NCBI GenBank assembly: GCA_026936335.1
Contig: JAPMXV010000022.1
Span: 62,001-126,000, forward strand
Source of the DNA: Mantamonas sphyraenae STR306
Lineage: Eukaryota > Protista > CRuMs
Length of the DNA: 64,000 nt
Reading direction: 5' to 3'
Both the position numbers and the translations under genes were made by a program. Below the pieces are notes generated by a model, which did no database searches, was not told where the DNA came from, and saw only the letters and a program-made list of their open reading frames with translations. Below are positions 1 to 11,561 of the stretch, piece by piece; position 1 is the first letter of the stretch; every line of letters begins with the position of its first letter.

Positions 1-2238
1 AGTGGACGAGGAAAGACCACCCGCCAGTTTGGCACACAGGACGACCGTGCCCAAGGTGACCACGAGGATGACGACGATGATGATGACATCGAACCGCCCT
101 CGTTTGAGGCGCCGCAGCTCAACGAGGCCCCGCCGCCTGTGCCTCCGCCTCGCAAACAACAAACACAGGAGGACGACTCCGCAGCCAACACAGAGACTCG
201 TGACAACGCCAACGACAGTGACCCCAAGGAGCAGAGCCAACCAGCACAAGGAAACACAGGCAAAGGTGAGCTTGCGCCTTGCAGGCGATCCAGACACGAG
301 AGGGCAAAGGATTCTCCACCCACCATTTTCACTGACACATTCTCCGCACCCACGTTTTTGGGCCGCCTGCACGCACACCCTGACCCGCACACGCCCCACC
401 TGTCTCTCTCTGTCTGCGTGTGTACGCACAGCCAACGCCCTTGCCAAGATCCAGGCCCAAGGGTTCAACCCGATGATGATGGCACCGTAAGTTTGTTTGG
501 GAGCAGCACCTACACGAAATTGGAGACACGCCCCCCTCTGGGGCCATGTTTGGCACAGCCACTGACAGCACAGTGTGTTTGCACGTGTATGGGCAACACC
601 AGAGGGCAAGCCATGCCCAAGAAGAAACCCGCGCAGACACAGGAGTCGCAGGATGCTGAAGCCAAGGAGCAGGAGCCACAGGAGACGACAACGGTGGCAC
701 AGGACAAAAAGGTGACCAGCGTGCAAAGTGGAGCCAAACCGCGTGTGAACAGCTGGGGGGCGAGCATGGGTGGAGGAGGGGTCAGTTCGAGCAGCAGCGG
801 GGCAGGAGGAGGAGAGGTGACGCAGGTGGCGCTGGATCAGGTGGAAGGGTTCCAGGGGGGCAACACACGTGTGGTGTCGAATGAGATGCAGATGCTGAGG
901 GCAGAGATTGCACAGTTGAAGAATGTGTTGCGGGAGGAGGTTGAGCAGCGGCAGGAGATGGCAGACCAGCACCTTGCGTTGATGGAGGTGCTGTTGAGCA
1001 GCAAGGTGATCCGCTACAACGACATGGAGCAGCAAATCGAGGGCAAAAAGACAATCATGCAGGACGACGACTCGCGTGTGCTCAAACGTGGCTTCATGGA
1101 GAAGGAGGGCCAAATGCGCAAGAACTGGAAGAAGCGCTACTTTGTGCTGCAGGGCGACTCGCTGCGCTATTTTGCCACGCGAGGCGACTCCAAACCCAAG
1201 GGCACGCTGGATCTGAGCACAAGCATCCTTCGCAAGACACGCAAGGCCAAGGGCAAAGGGGAGCCCGAACTGGACATGTTTGAGCTGGTCACAGACGGCC
1301 GCAAGCTGTACTTTCTGCCTCCCGAAGCCGAAGCCGAGGCGTGGATGTGTGCCATCCAGAACCGCATCTCGTACCTTCAGTACAAGAAGAAGATGAACCT
1401 GGCCGGGCAGGAGCTGGACCCGCGTGTGGTGGGATTCCTGCAGGATCCGGTGTGCAGCTTTGTGGACTTTGAGGACGACTTTACGCCCGACGCCTGTGTG
1501 GCTATTTCCGTGGCGTTTGAGTTCCACAACACCCTGCGCAGGCTCAACCTGAAGAATGCCCAGATTGGTTCATTGGGTATGCAGGCGCTGGCCGACTCGT
1601 TGGCTCGCAACACCTCCATCGAGGAGCTGTGTCTGGAACGCTGTGCCCTCGAGGAGAGCGACGCCGAGCATGTGGCTCAGATCATTGTCAGCCACCCGAC
1701 GCTGGTCATGCTCAACGTCGATGGCAACGAGTTTGGCACTCGCGGATGCAGTGTCATTTGTGAGTCACTGGGCGAGGCTGACCACGGCTACGTGCGCCTG
1801 TCCATGTCTGCATGCAAGATGGGCGACGCAGCCATTGGTGCACTGACGCAGGCGTTGAACGGACCCAACGCAAAGGGCCTGTCGCAGCTGGTGGTGTCTG
1901 CCAACGAGCTGAGTGACCAGAGCCTGCAGCTGCTCGCCTACTACATGTCCACCTGCAAGACGTTCAACATGAACGAACTCAACGTGTCGGGCAACCGCAT
2001 GACTGATGCGGGTGTCTGTGTGCTTGCAAACGCCCTGCTGCGCAACGAGACGCTGGAGACTCTGGACATGAGTCTGATGCAGCTTGGCTCCGAGGCGGTC
2101 ATGGCACTGACTCACGTCGTGCAGCAGAATTACAGGCTCAAGCGCCTCGAAATGGGAAGCTACAAGCTGGACCAGAGTGCCATGAACCTTGTGCGTGTGC
2201 TCGGTGCCAGCGGATTTGTTGTGCCGAAACCGATGTGA
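1..2238 (+). CDS. PH-domain and RNI-like leucine-rich-repeat protein with coiled coil (5' part runs off the window)
   Basis: PH motif (LKRGFMEKEGQMRKNWKKRYFVL...EAEAWMCAIQ) followed by RNI-type LRRs (LRRLNLKNAQIG, LNVDGNEFG, LNVSGNRMTDAG). GT-AG introns at about 266-430 and 487-602. Confidence 0.8.
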   Translation, partial: SGRGKTTRQFGTQDDRAQGDHEDDDDDDDIEPPSFEAPQLNEAPPPVPPPRKQQTQEDDSAANTETRDNANDSDPKEQSQPAQGNTGKGELAPCRRSRHERAKDSPPTIFTDTFSAPTFLGRLHAHPDPHTPHLSLSVCVCTHSQRPCQDPGPRVQPDDDGTVSLFGSSTYTKLETRPPLGPCLAQPLTAQCVCTCMGNTRGQAMPKKKPAQTQESQDAEAKEQEPQETTTVAQDKKVTSVQSGAKPRVNSWGASMGGGGVSSSSSGAGGGEVTQVALDQVEGFQGGNTRVVSNEMQMLRAEIAQLKNVLREEVEQRQEMADQHLALMEVLLSSKVIRYNDMEQQIEGKKTIMQDDDSRVLKRGFMEKEGQMRKNWKKRYFVLQGDSLRYFATRGDSKPKGTLDLSTSILRKTRKAKGKGEPELDMFELVTDGRKLYFLPPEAEAEAWMCAIQNRISYLQYKKKMNLAGQELDPRVVGFLQDPVCSFVDFEDDFTPDACVAISVAFEFHNTLRRLNLKNAQIGSLGMQALADSLARNTSIEELCLERCALEESDAEHVAQIIVSHPTLVMLNVDGNEFGTRGCSVICESLGEADHGYVRLSMSACKMGDAAIGALTQALNGPNAKGLSQLVVSANELSDQSLQLLAYYMSTCKTFNMNELNVSGNRMTDAGVCVLANALLRNETLETLDMSLMQLGSEAVMALTHVVQQNYRLKRLEMGSYKLDQSAMNLVRVLGASGFVVPKPM

Positions 2239-2259
2239 ATGATGACGAATGGAGTGGGT

Positions 2260-2587
2260 TCATTTCCACCGAATCTCTGCCTTGACGGACGGATGTTGCA
2301 GTTGCAAGTGTGTGGCCATGGCGGCCAGCAGTTTGTTGAGTGTTTCGTCTTGCTTGAGGGCGGCTGGCATACGTGTGTGGCTGATGGGTGGGCTGTCCTC
2401 CTCTTCCTCCTCCTCCTCTTCCTCTACAAAGCTGGCGTGGAAGGACGCCGGGACTTGGTCGTACTTTCCCCACTTGCGCTCAAGAAAGTGCAGCTCCAGG
2501 TGGTCCAGCAGATCGTCCTTGTTGACAAACGTCTGCGGGCACTTTTTGCAAGCAAACGCACCACCGCCACGTGAGGGCGCAGGCCTG

Positions 2588-2626
<39 letters not shown>

Positions 2627-3787
2627 ACGTCGTCGTTGTCCCTGTTTGCTTGCGATGACGACGCAGACGAGGCTTTGGCATTGGCAGCCGGTCGTTTCCT
2701 CTGCGCCAACACCTCCACATCGTCGACCTCGACCTCATCGTCGACGTCGTCCACATCGTCCAAATCATCCTCATCCATATCATCGCTGCTTCCATGTGCA
2801 TCCGAACCCGACGCATGTTGGGCGAGAATCTCGTCCAAGGCGGCGTCGTGCAGTGGATCGGCGTCCACCGCCACCAAGGCTGTGCTGTGGCCGGCCTCCA
2901 TGAGCCTGTCTGTGTCTTTGCGCTCAGCACGCCCCTGCATTTTGATGTGATAGCCCATGCCGGCCATGGGCCCGTCGTCACTGCACATCACAGCCAGATT
3001 CGCGGCCATTTCTGCGATTTCCTCGTCGGTCGGGTTCAGATTCACATTGTCCAGGTCAAAGTCTCCCATGTCACCACCCCCCATGCCCATGCCCATGCCC
3101 ATGCCCATCATGTCCATGGCATCCAGAAACTCTTCTGCAGAGAGCCCTGCCGAGGCGGCAATGTGGTCGAGTTGGGATGGATGAAACTCGCCCGTTTCCA
3201 TCATCATGGTCATCTGGTCCATGGCCATCATGACCCCCATCATCTTGTCGCCGTACTTGTCCATCATTTGCATCATGCCCATTTCGCTGGGTCCGCCCAT
3301 GCCGCCCATCATCGCCTGCAGCGGATCCTGGCCGCCTGACCCGCTGAGCATCGCCAACATTTCCGTGTTCCCTTCGCGCAGCTGCGTTTTGATGAACGCC
3401 ACGTAGTCCAGATACTCATCAAAGGACACAGCCATACCGTCTGCAGCCTCGAATTCCTCGTCGTCGGCTGCGTCCGGGTGCAGCAGCCTCTGGTAGGCCT
3501 TGCTGATCTCCTGGAAGCGTTCTGGCGACGAGCCCTTCTTGTCCCTGGAGGGAATGGAGACGGTCAGGGGCGTGACCGAGGGACAAACCACATCATGTCC
3601 CCGTGTGGGCAGAGGGAGGAGGAGGAGACGTGTGTCAGCAGAGTGAAGACGTCAAAAAGCGCCACTCCGGAACGCGCCAAACCCACGGGTGGTGTTTCAG
3701 TGCCAGCTTGTGGTATGCCTTGCGCACGGCGTCGAGAGACGCATCTGCAGGCACACCCAAGATGGCAGATGCCTCGTCTAGCTTCAT
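2260..3787 (-). CDS. DnaJ/Hsp40 J-domain protein with Met/Gly-rich and acidic regions and a C2H2 zinc finger
   Basis: Exon 1 reads MKLDEASAILGVPADASLDAVRKAYHKLALKHHP and splices to DKKGSSPERFQEISKAYQRL, so the HPD motif spans the intron. C-terminal CKKCPQTFVNKDDLLDHLELH. Confidence 0.85.
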
Positions 3788-3835
3788 TACGGAGCTGTAT
3801 TGGATTGTGGTGGCTGCGTCGTCGCTCGAACCACG

Positions 3836-4838
3836 CTACACCTTTGTCAGTCCCTCCTCTCGCACAAACGATTGCATGCGCTTCTCCGTCTCGGATCGAG
3901 ACAGCTCTGTCTCCACAAGGATCTGTGTGTCGTCCACAACCGAATCGTCTTCGGCAGGCAATTCGTCGCCGGTGTCGCCCTCTTCGCCTTGTCCTCCCTG
4001 TTGTGTGTTGCCACTCATCTGGCCCTTCTCGGCGGAGTCGGTGAGGCGAGTCACCACAGGCTTGAGGGCCACGCCGTCCTGGTCGCTGTCTTCGCCAAGC
4101 TCCAGACGCATGGTTTGGGCCTGTTTGGTGCCCTCCTCAATGTCGGTAAACACGTGCACAGCAATAGCCACCACGTAGAGGGCAGCAAGACCAAGAAAAG
4201 AGGCACGTGCCGAACCGGTGAGATCAATGATGATGCCAAACAGCAGGGTGCCGCTCCAGGAGGTGATTTTGCCAAAAAGGCTAAAGATGCCCATAAACTC
4301 GGCTTCCATGCCACGAGGGATGAGGGTGGCAAACAAGGCACGATACAGAGCAATGCAAGTGCCCAGACACAGACCAATGAGGGCACCCACGAGGTAGGCA
4401 AAGGGGCGAGCCTGTACGCCGGTGAGGGTGGCGTAGGCGAGGACAATGACACCCACCCAGCCCAGCAGAGCCACAGTGATCAAATGCTTGGTGTGGAAGC
4501 GTTTGGAGAGCTGGTAACCGATGCCTGCACCGATGATTCCGACAACCTGGGCCATGAGGAGAACAATGCCAATCTCCGAAGCTGGCATGTTGACCTCACG
4601 CACAAGGAAAATGCCCACGTTGGACACAATGCCCGCGTATGCGTTGCTGTAGAACATGTAGGACAGACACATGCGGAATGCTTGCGGAAAGGCACGCACC
4701 TGCCTGAGAGTGGCGTACGTCTGCAGGAAACCCGTTTGCACAAGCGTTCTGTTCGCAGGCTTCTTGCGTGCTGCCTCCCGCTTATCAATCAGACTGAAAG
4801 AGTACACAGAGAACAGCAGCCACCAAAGACCGGCAATC

Positions 4839-4877
<39 letters not shown>

Positions 4878-6014
4878 AATCCTTTCACCCAAAAAGGAAT
4901 GATACAAATGGAAGTTGAACAATGGCCGAATTGGGCGCAGCTTACGCAGCAGTTGACTCGAAGAGCCCACAGATCGTCCCACACAGTGGAAATGCCGATC
5001 TGGACGATGATGACCAGAACTTGGGCGCCGTTGGTGTACAGGACACTCTCTGAGCTCAGCTTGTTCTTCATCCGCTGGTCGGTGGCAATCTCTGGGATGT
5101 AGGCGTACAAAAAGACAAGGCTGTTTGTCGGATGGGTGGCACATGGGGTGGCGAGTGGTGGTTCCAGGCGGCAAGATGTCAGCAGCCATTCGACGTGGCT
5201 CCCTCGCACCACTTTGGCGTGCATCGAGACTAGGACGCAGCACACATAGGTGTGCACAGACATCACAGACTCGTTTGCGCGGTTGTCTTTCTCGTGCACG
5301 GTCCTTGGGAGCGGGAATCGTGCGCAGAGGACAAAAAAGGGGGCCAAAAACGCACCTTGCTTCATAGCCCATTGCGCCAATAACCAGAAAGATGCCAGCA
5401 AGCCACCATGTCTCGGCAAAGGAGACGATCATGAGGATGGTGGCGATGGCGCCGACGTAACCGCAGATCTCCATGCCGAGTTTGCTGTGGACATGAGGGA
5501 GGAGGAGGTTAGCAGGAACTCTGGGAAATGATGGCGCGGCTTTGCGTTTTGGGCGGCCCACAGAGCAGGAGTGGCACACATGTGGCAAAACAGGGAACAG
5601 ACAGTGTGTCCAATGGGCATGGGAATGGGTATGGGAGACGATACACGCACCGGAAGCTGCTGTAGTCGCTGATTGCGCCGAGGACAGGGCTGGCAACGGC
5701 GATGAGCATGCCACCAATGGTGGCCATGTAGGACATGAAGGAAGCCGGAGCGCCGTTGGCAAGGAGCAAAGGCGCAAGAAAGGCACTGTGGAGGCAGGGG
5801 AGCATTTGGGTACGAGAGCATGTCAGAGCAAAGAGGACAACAACAACGATGAGTGAGTGCGCTGGTGCTGGTGCTGGGGCGTGAAGCAAGGACTACGCGT
5901 GGGACAGGCAACGCACGAGGTGGTGGTGTAGAAGGGTGCACGGGCAGTGCCATAGAGCACCCAGCCACGGTACTCGTCAGAGACGTCGTCACTTGCTTTG
6001 CACCGGATCTTCAT
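3836..6014 (-). CDS. MFS transporter, Atg22/UMF1-like (multi-exon)
   Basis: N-terminal GWVLYGTARAPF, SPVLGAISDY, LYRALFATLIPRGMEAEFMGIFSLFGK and many TM segments spread over several exons. Confidence 0.75.
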
Positions 6015-6136
6015 GCAGGACGGATGCGACTTTTGGTCTGGATGGATGGGAGCGATTGGTCGTCATTCATGATTTTCTCTCTCTTGGGCTTCACTTGCCC
6101 CCCTCCCCCCTCCCACACACTCTTTCCCCTTTCCCG

Positions 6137-6720
6137 TCATCGCATCTGGACCTTGAAGAACCAAACCGAGGCTATTTGGAACACTTCGAGGACGGCTGGC
6201 ACGAGCGAAAAGAATCCCCACAGGTACCAGATCCAGGCGGCGTGCCAGCTTTCCAGCAGGAAGAAGCTGACGAGGACGCCGCCGCAAAAGTGAAAAATGG
6301 TATCTGTGCACAAAAGGCATGGTCAGTGGCAGAGGACGGCTGTGTTGGGGGGGCTTTCTCTGGGGCAACGCACAGATTAGGTTCAGGAAAGGCTTGAACA
6401 TGGAGTAGCCGCCAAAGAGACCAATAAACTCGATGAGAAAGCAGACCCAGGAGCACCAAAGGGCGGCTTCGACACTGTGGGAAAGGGGACGAGGGCGAGG
6501 AGAGGAGAGGAGTGAGCGCGCCAAGCGTTTTTCGTTTTGGCGCCATTTGCACGTGTGGGCAGGCCTACCTGGAGTCCAACTCTGCATACTGGGCGGTGGA
6601 GTAGGATTTGGGCAGAGAGGCAATGACATTGTCTGCCTTGGCGTAAGAGGCAAGCACAGTGGCAATAAAGTGGCCCACGGTTGTAAGGAACCGAGCCGGC
6701 AGCAGTGTGTCCAGCATCAT
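6137..6720 (-). CDS. TMEM107: Transmembrane protein 107 (ciliary transition zone), 3 exons
   Basis: Spliced product LLPARFLTTVGHF...DNVIASLP...Y...; FLIEFIGLFGGYSMF; HFCGGVLVSFFLLESW...WYLWGFFSLVPAVLE matches the TMEM107 pattern. Confidence 0.85.
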
Positions 6721-6863
6721 GGTTGTTTCGTGGCTGTGATGCGCTTCAAATTGGCAATGACACCGGAACCAAGGAGCAACTGCACACGGGCCTTTCTTGG
6801 GGGGGGTTGGTTGGGTTGCATTGAATGGCGCACAGGGCACTGCGCACTCGTCACAGAAAGGCT

Positions 6864-7047
6864 TCAGTCCACTCGCTTGGCCTTGGCACGTCCACTGCGA
6901 CGACGCACAGTCACGTTCTCCATGCTCATGGACGGCACAGGCTCAGTGGTGGGGCCTCCAGGCGGCGTGCTTGCTGCAGGCAGCTCGGTCTCCTTGGCAG
7001 CGGTGTCGTTTGTGGGTGCCACAGGTGCACTGGGCTTCACACTGCTG

Positions 7048-7082
<35 letters not shown>

Positions 7083-8337
7083 GGTGGTTGTGTCCTGAGG
7101 CATGGGCTGTCCCTTGAGCTCTGCACTCTTGCGCTGCAAGGCCGACTTGGCCTGCATCATCTTGTCCATGATCTTATCCCACAGGCTGCCCATAAGCTGC
7201 TTGACCGTGTCTTTGGCCTTTTCCAGCAGCGGCTGCACACGGTTCCACAGTTGCGTGTGCACGTTCCTGGTCAGCAGCGGCAACGGCAGCAAGGCCAGGT
7301 GCACTGCAAGGGTGTGTTTGTGAGTGTGAGGAACAACGCGCTCTGCATGCTCTTCCCCTTTCCTTTCTACACTTACGTGTGATGTATGTCATGAGGGCAA
7401 GGGAATGGGTACCCATGTAGCCAATCACCAGAAAGATGACGCACAGACGCGTGGTGAACTGGCGGCGGTCGCGGGTGTACAGCACCTGCATAAACTCCAC
7501 CTGATCCCTCAGCACAAAGTAGGCGTCCACACAAACCTCCACTGTGCGCTCCATGTTGGGTTTCCACTCTGGTTGGCTGTCGTTGCGTGCAGTGCGTGAG
7601 TGCGCTGCGTTTGGTGCGCCGCCGAATTGAATGGCGCCAAGGACCGTTTTCCCTCGAAAACTATGTGTGCCCGTGCAAACTCACCTCACGTATTCGAGCA
7701 GCGGATCATACTCGCTGGCCTGACTGTCTGAGAGCAGCTTGTCAAAGTCCAGCATGTAGTGAGCCAGGGTCAGCGAGAAGCCGGCAAAGCCAAAGAAGCT
7801 CAGCAGATTGAGACGGAACAGATGGCCGATTCTGTGTGAGATCTCGAGCGTCAGTGTTTTTGCTTGCCAGCCTCCCACACAAGCACACACGCACGGCACA
7901 ACGTCGTCTGGGCTTTACAAGAGCATGGATGACGCACAACACAATCCCATGGAAGGTGTGCATGGTGTGGTATGGAGTGACGTGCGGTGGGACTGCGACG
8001 GGAATCGACGTCATCAACGTCCGCTCCCGGAACGGAAGCAGCAAATGACGTACACAAACACAACCTGGATGGCAGCCAGGAAGACGACAAAGTGGAGGGG
8101 GCGAGCCACAAGGAGCACGTCCTGCAGGTACAGGTAGCGGGACTGGTGCTGTTGAAGGTAGGCCACCCAAGAAGCCACAAGTTCGGCTCGCTCCAGCTCC
8201 TCCTGTTCCTCATAGTCAATCTCGTCCATGGGCTGCTGCTGCGGATACGACGACGGCGTCGAAACCAAGGACACGTCGCTGGCGGGTGTCCCGCGCGGCT
8301 GCGGCCCAGAAAAGGAAGCCAAACCCGTGGTGGTCAT
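6864..8337 (-). CDS. Reticulon-homology ER-shaping protein, RETREG/FAM134- or ARL6IP1-like (multi-exon)
   Basis: Two long hydrophobic hairpins (LQDVLLVARPLHFVVFLAAIQVVF...; LCVIFLVIGYMG...LMTYI...LALLPLPLL), then an amphipathic helix and a disordered tail. Confidence 0.55.
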
Positions 8338-8400
8338 CGTCTGGATCGTCTGCGTTGCTTGCGCAAGCGCAGGACAAAATGGATCAACCAAACACTGCAA

Positions 8401-11400
8401 TCAAATCCCTGCATTGCTCAACGCCATGGACACTCGCATCTCTCCCGTGTCGAGCATGCTGGCGTGCATGCGGTGGCCCACCCGTTTGGAGCGCACAAAG
8501 GGCCGAGCTGCACGCGATCGCACCACGTACTCCTTGCGGTTGGGGGTGCTCATTGACTCGCCTTCGTAGTCGCTGGCTCGCATAAACATCTGCTTGACCA
8601 CTCGCCGATGGGAGGGATCGTCCAACACCACCTGGTCTTGGCTCATCAGCAACTGCACCAGATCGCTGTTACCCCCCAGCTTCTCCAGCAATGAGTTGGC
8701 CGTCGCCATTTGCATCTCCACACTTCCCATGAAGCTGCACATGCGATCATACGCCACATGGTCCTGTGCAAAGTCCACTGGCAGATTCGCCACAGCCTCT
8801 CGCAGTTGCCCCAATTGCTCGGCCACTGCTGGCACACGGCTCGCTTCGCTGGCCGCAAGCACGTGCAGCTGTACGTTGCACGCCACTCGAAACACGTCCT
8901 GCAACACCTCCACTGGACGACACGTCTCCAGGTAGTGCAGCACCGCCTCCGCCTCCTTGTTGTGGTCAAACAGCGGCGCCTGCGACTCGATGGGCCGCGC
9001 CTTGGCACTTGTCCACAGTTCCTCCCAAATGTTGCCTTCCTCCGTCATGCGCACACTCAGGTGGCCGCGTACCTCTTCTGCTTCCTCGCCTTTGTCCTCG
9101 CCCTCTTCTGCAATCCAGTCTCGCGGCGAGTACCACCGCACAAAGTCGCCCAAGGTGCATCCGGGATTGGCCGCCTTGAATGCCTCCATGTCCGAGCGCA
9201 GAAACTCGGCCTGCAGACGCGCACGCACTTTGCTCCCCTGTTCATCGCTACCAAGTTGTGCAAACATCATCTGCTGCTGCTCCGCCATGTCTTCCGTCAT
9301 CAGTTGTGCATCTTGTGTCCGTGGTGCAAACAACTCATGTCCGCTGGCCATACTCTTCATAAACAGCGGTCTTCGCCTGCCTTGACCTCGTCCGTCGTCG
9401 TGTTCAGCCATCAACGCAGCCGCCTCCTGGTCCTCCATCTCAAAGTCAAATCCTTCCAAACTGTCGGACGCAAGCACAAATGCATCATCATCGTCGTCGT
9501 CGTCGTCATCTTCGTCGTCATCATCCTCGACGACATCATCGCCATCCATCCCGCCCTCAGGGTTGGCAGGTTGCACCATGATCACGTCTGTGGCTGTGGC
9601 GCTGGAGCTGGCCAGAGCATCCTGCCACTGCTCGTCGTCGACGTCGAGATCCAGGGCCTCCCATCCGCTCTCTTCCTCCTCTGCCTCGATGGGCTTCTGC
9701 GTCAACAGCTGCCGCTTCTTGGCAATGCGTTTGCCGATGCAGATGTTGAGCAGCTGCAACTTTTGCTGCAGCAGACAGGAATCAAACGAAGGGCCTCTGC
9801 GCTCCACAAACGGAATGGGTGTGCCGTGTTCCCAGTACCAGCGCAGCTCAGACACAAACTCCGTCCACAGCAGCGCCATGCTGCTTGCGTTCTGCATTTG
9901 GCACAGTTGTTGGCTCAGCCGCGCCAACAGGGTGGTCGGATGGCTGGTCTTGCCCACCATGCACAGCTCCTCTTTGGGTGTGCATTCAACCCATTCCTGA
10001 GCATCAAAGCTGCTCAACATCCCCTGTTCACTTGCAAACAGGTCCACCATCACGTCGTGGACCTCCTGAGCAGATGGTTCCTGTTGTAGTTGCTGCAACA
10101 CCCTGCTGGCACTCACCTTTCTGTGTGTGCCCACACGCAAACCCGCCATTGTGTCTTCAGATCTGTTTTCAGCCAGCACGTCGTGCAAGTCGCGCAGTTT
10201 GCAGGTCAGTCGACCCTCGTCCAATTCCGGATCCACAAACGACTGCACCGCCCACACAGGCGCATCAAACGGATTCAAATCCGAATGGACTGCGTTGTCT
10301 GTCACTTCGTTCACATTGCGCTCTGGCCAAACCGCCATCAGCTGCACCTCCTGGATGGGATCGAAGCGCGGTCCGTACGCATCTGCACCTGCCACCAGCA
10401 ATCCGTCCAACGCATTGCCACCCATACCGCCTTGTGAACCTTCGTTCAAGTCTCCCAACGCATACTTCCATCCCATCTGCTGTGCCTGCTTCCTCACTTC
10501 GTCCAGCTGTTCGTTGGATGCTGGCAGCCAGGCCGAACGCAGTAGCGTGCGTGTGTATGTGAAGCGCACAGCAACAGTCATGCTCGGGTCTGGCGCTGCC
10601 ACTTTCGACACAAACATGTCCAGCAGCGTGCTGAGGTTGCGTGTGTCCGGTTCAACGTAGCGCAGCCACTCGGAATCGAAGCGAGTGCTCGTTCCACACG
10701 CATGGTTCGCCGTGTACCCGCAGTATCGCCCATCCACAGAGTCACTCATGGTCACCAACGCGGGAAGCCAGTCCAATTGTGTGTTTTGTGTCGCCATGGT
10801 CAATGCAGACAGCAGGACGGTGGCACACTCGGCCGAGCAGTTGTCCATCACGGGGCTCACCAGCAAGAACCATCCCAGTCCATACCAGTTTTGCACCACG
10901 TGACCCTGTGCATCGCTTCTACCCACCCAAAAGTCGTCCCTACTGTCCAGCAGAGAGTCCATGTACGCTGGGAACGCCTCGGTGAGTGATCCATCTCCGC
11001 GCCCTTCCCCCACTTCCGCTCTGTAGAACGACAGCCGAAAGTATTGCTGACGGAACGAAAGCATTTCTGAGCGCTGGATGGGCGTGTATACGTCGGGAGG
11101 GTGGTGCACAGGTGTCAGCACGCTGTGGGGTGCACCCGCGAGGCGCAGTTGTAGAATGACTCACCCGTTCCGACACTGGGCCACACCCTGTCGTGGACGA
11201 GGCTGCCGAGCTGCTGGAACTGCTCGATGTCAACACAGCGCTGTGTTTGCTGCTTCCTGCGCTGCTGCTTGCCGAAGTCTCGCTGGCGCGGATGTCGCCT
11301 CCTCCAGGCGGCTGGAGGTTCCACGTGCGCAAGACGCTTTCAATCTTGCTGACCAGCCTGCGAGATGGCAACGTTGTGAGCAAACACACACACACACACA

Positions 11401-11484
11401 CAATCACACACACTCATCAACCCACTTTTCCAACGCCGACGCGTTGGTGTGGTCGTGGATCTCAAACACGTCGTCGTCACCCAT
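8401..11484 (-). CDS. RAB3GAP1: Rab3 GTPase-activating protein catalytic subunit
   Basis: N-terminal FEIHDHTNASALEK...LVSKIESVLRTW. Signatures LRSDMEAFKAANPGCTLGDFVRWYSPRDW, LWTEFVSELRWYWE and CLLQQKLQLLN. Confidence 0.93.
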
Positions 11485-11561
11485 GCCCTTTGGGTTCGCT
11501 CGCGCTCGAGACGCCAAACCAAGCCGCACATCCAAATCCACATCATCATCACACAGGCACC

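Noticed and set aside
4838-4878. (GT)n(GA)n and other (CA)n microsatellites throughout the window
   Set aside because: They sit mostly in introns just before splice acceptors and are a genome-wide feature, not a specific element.
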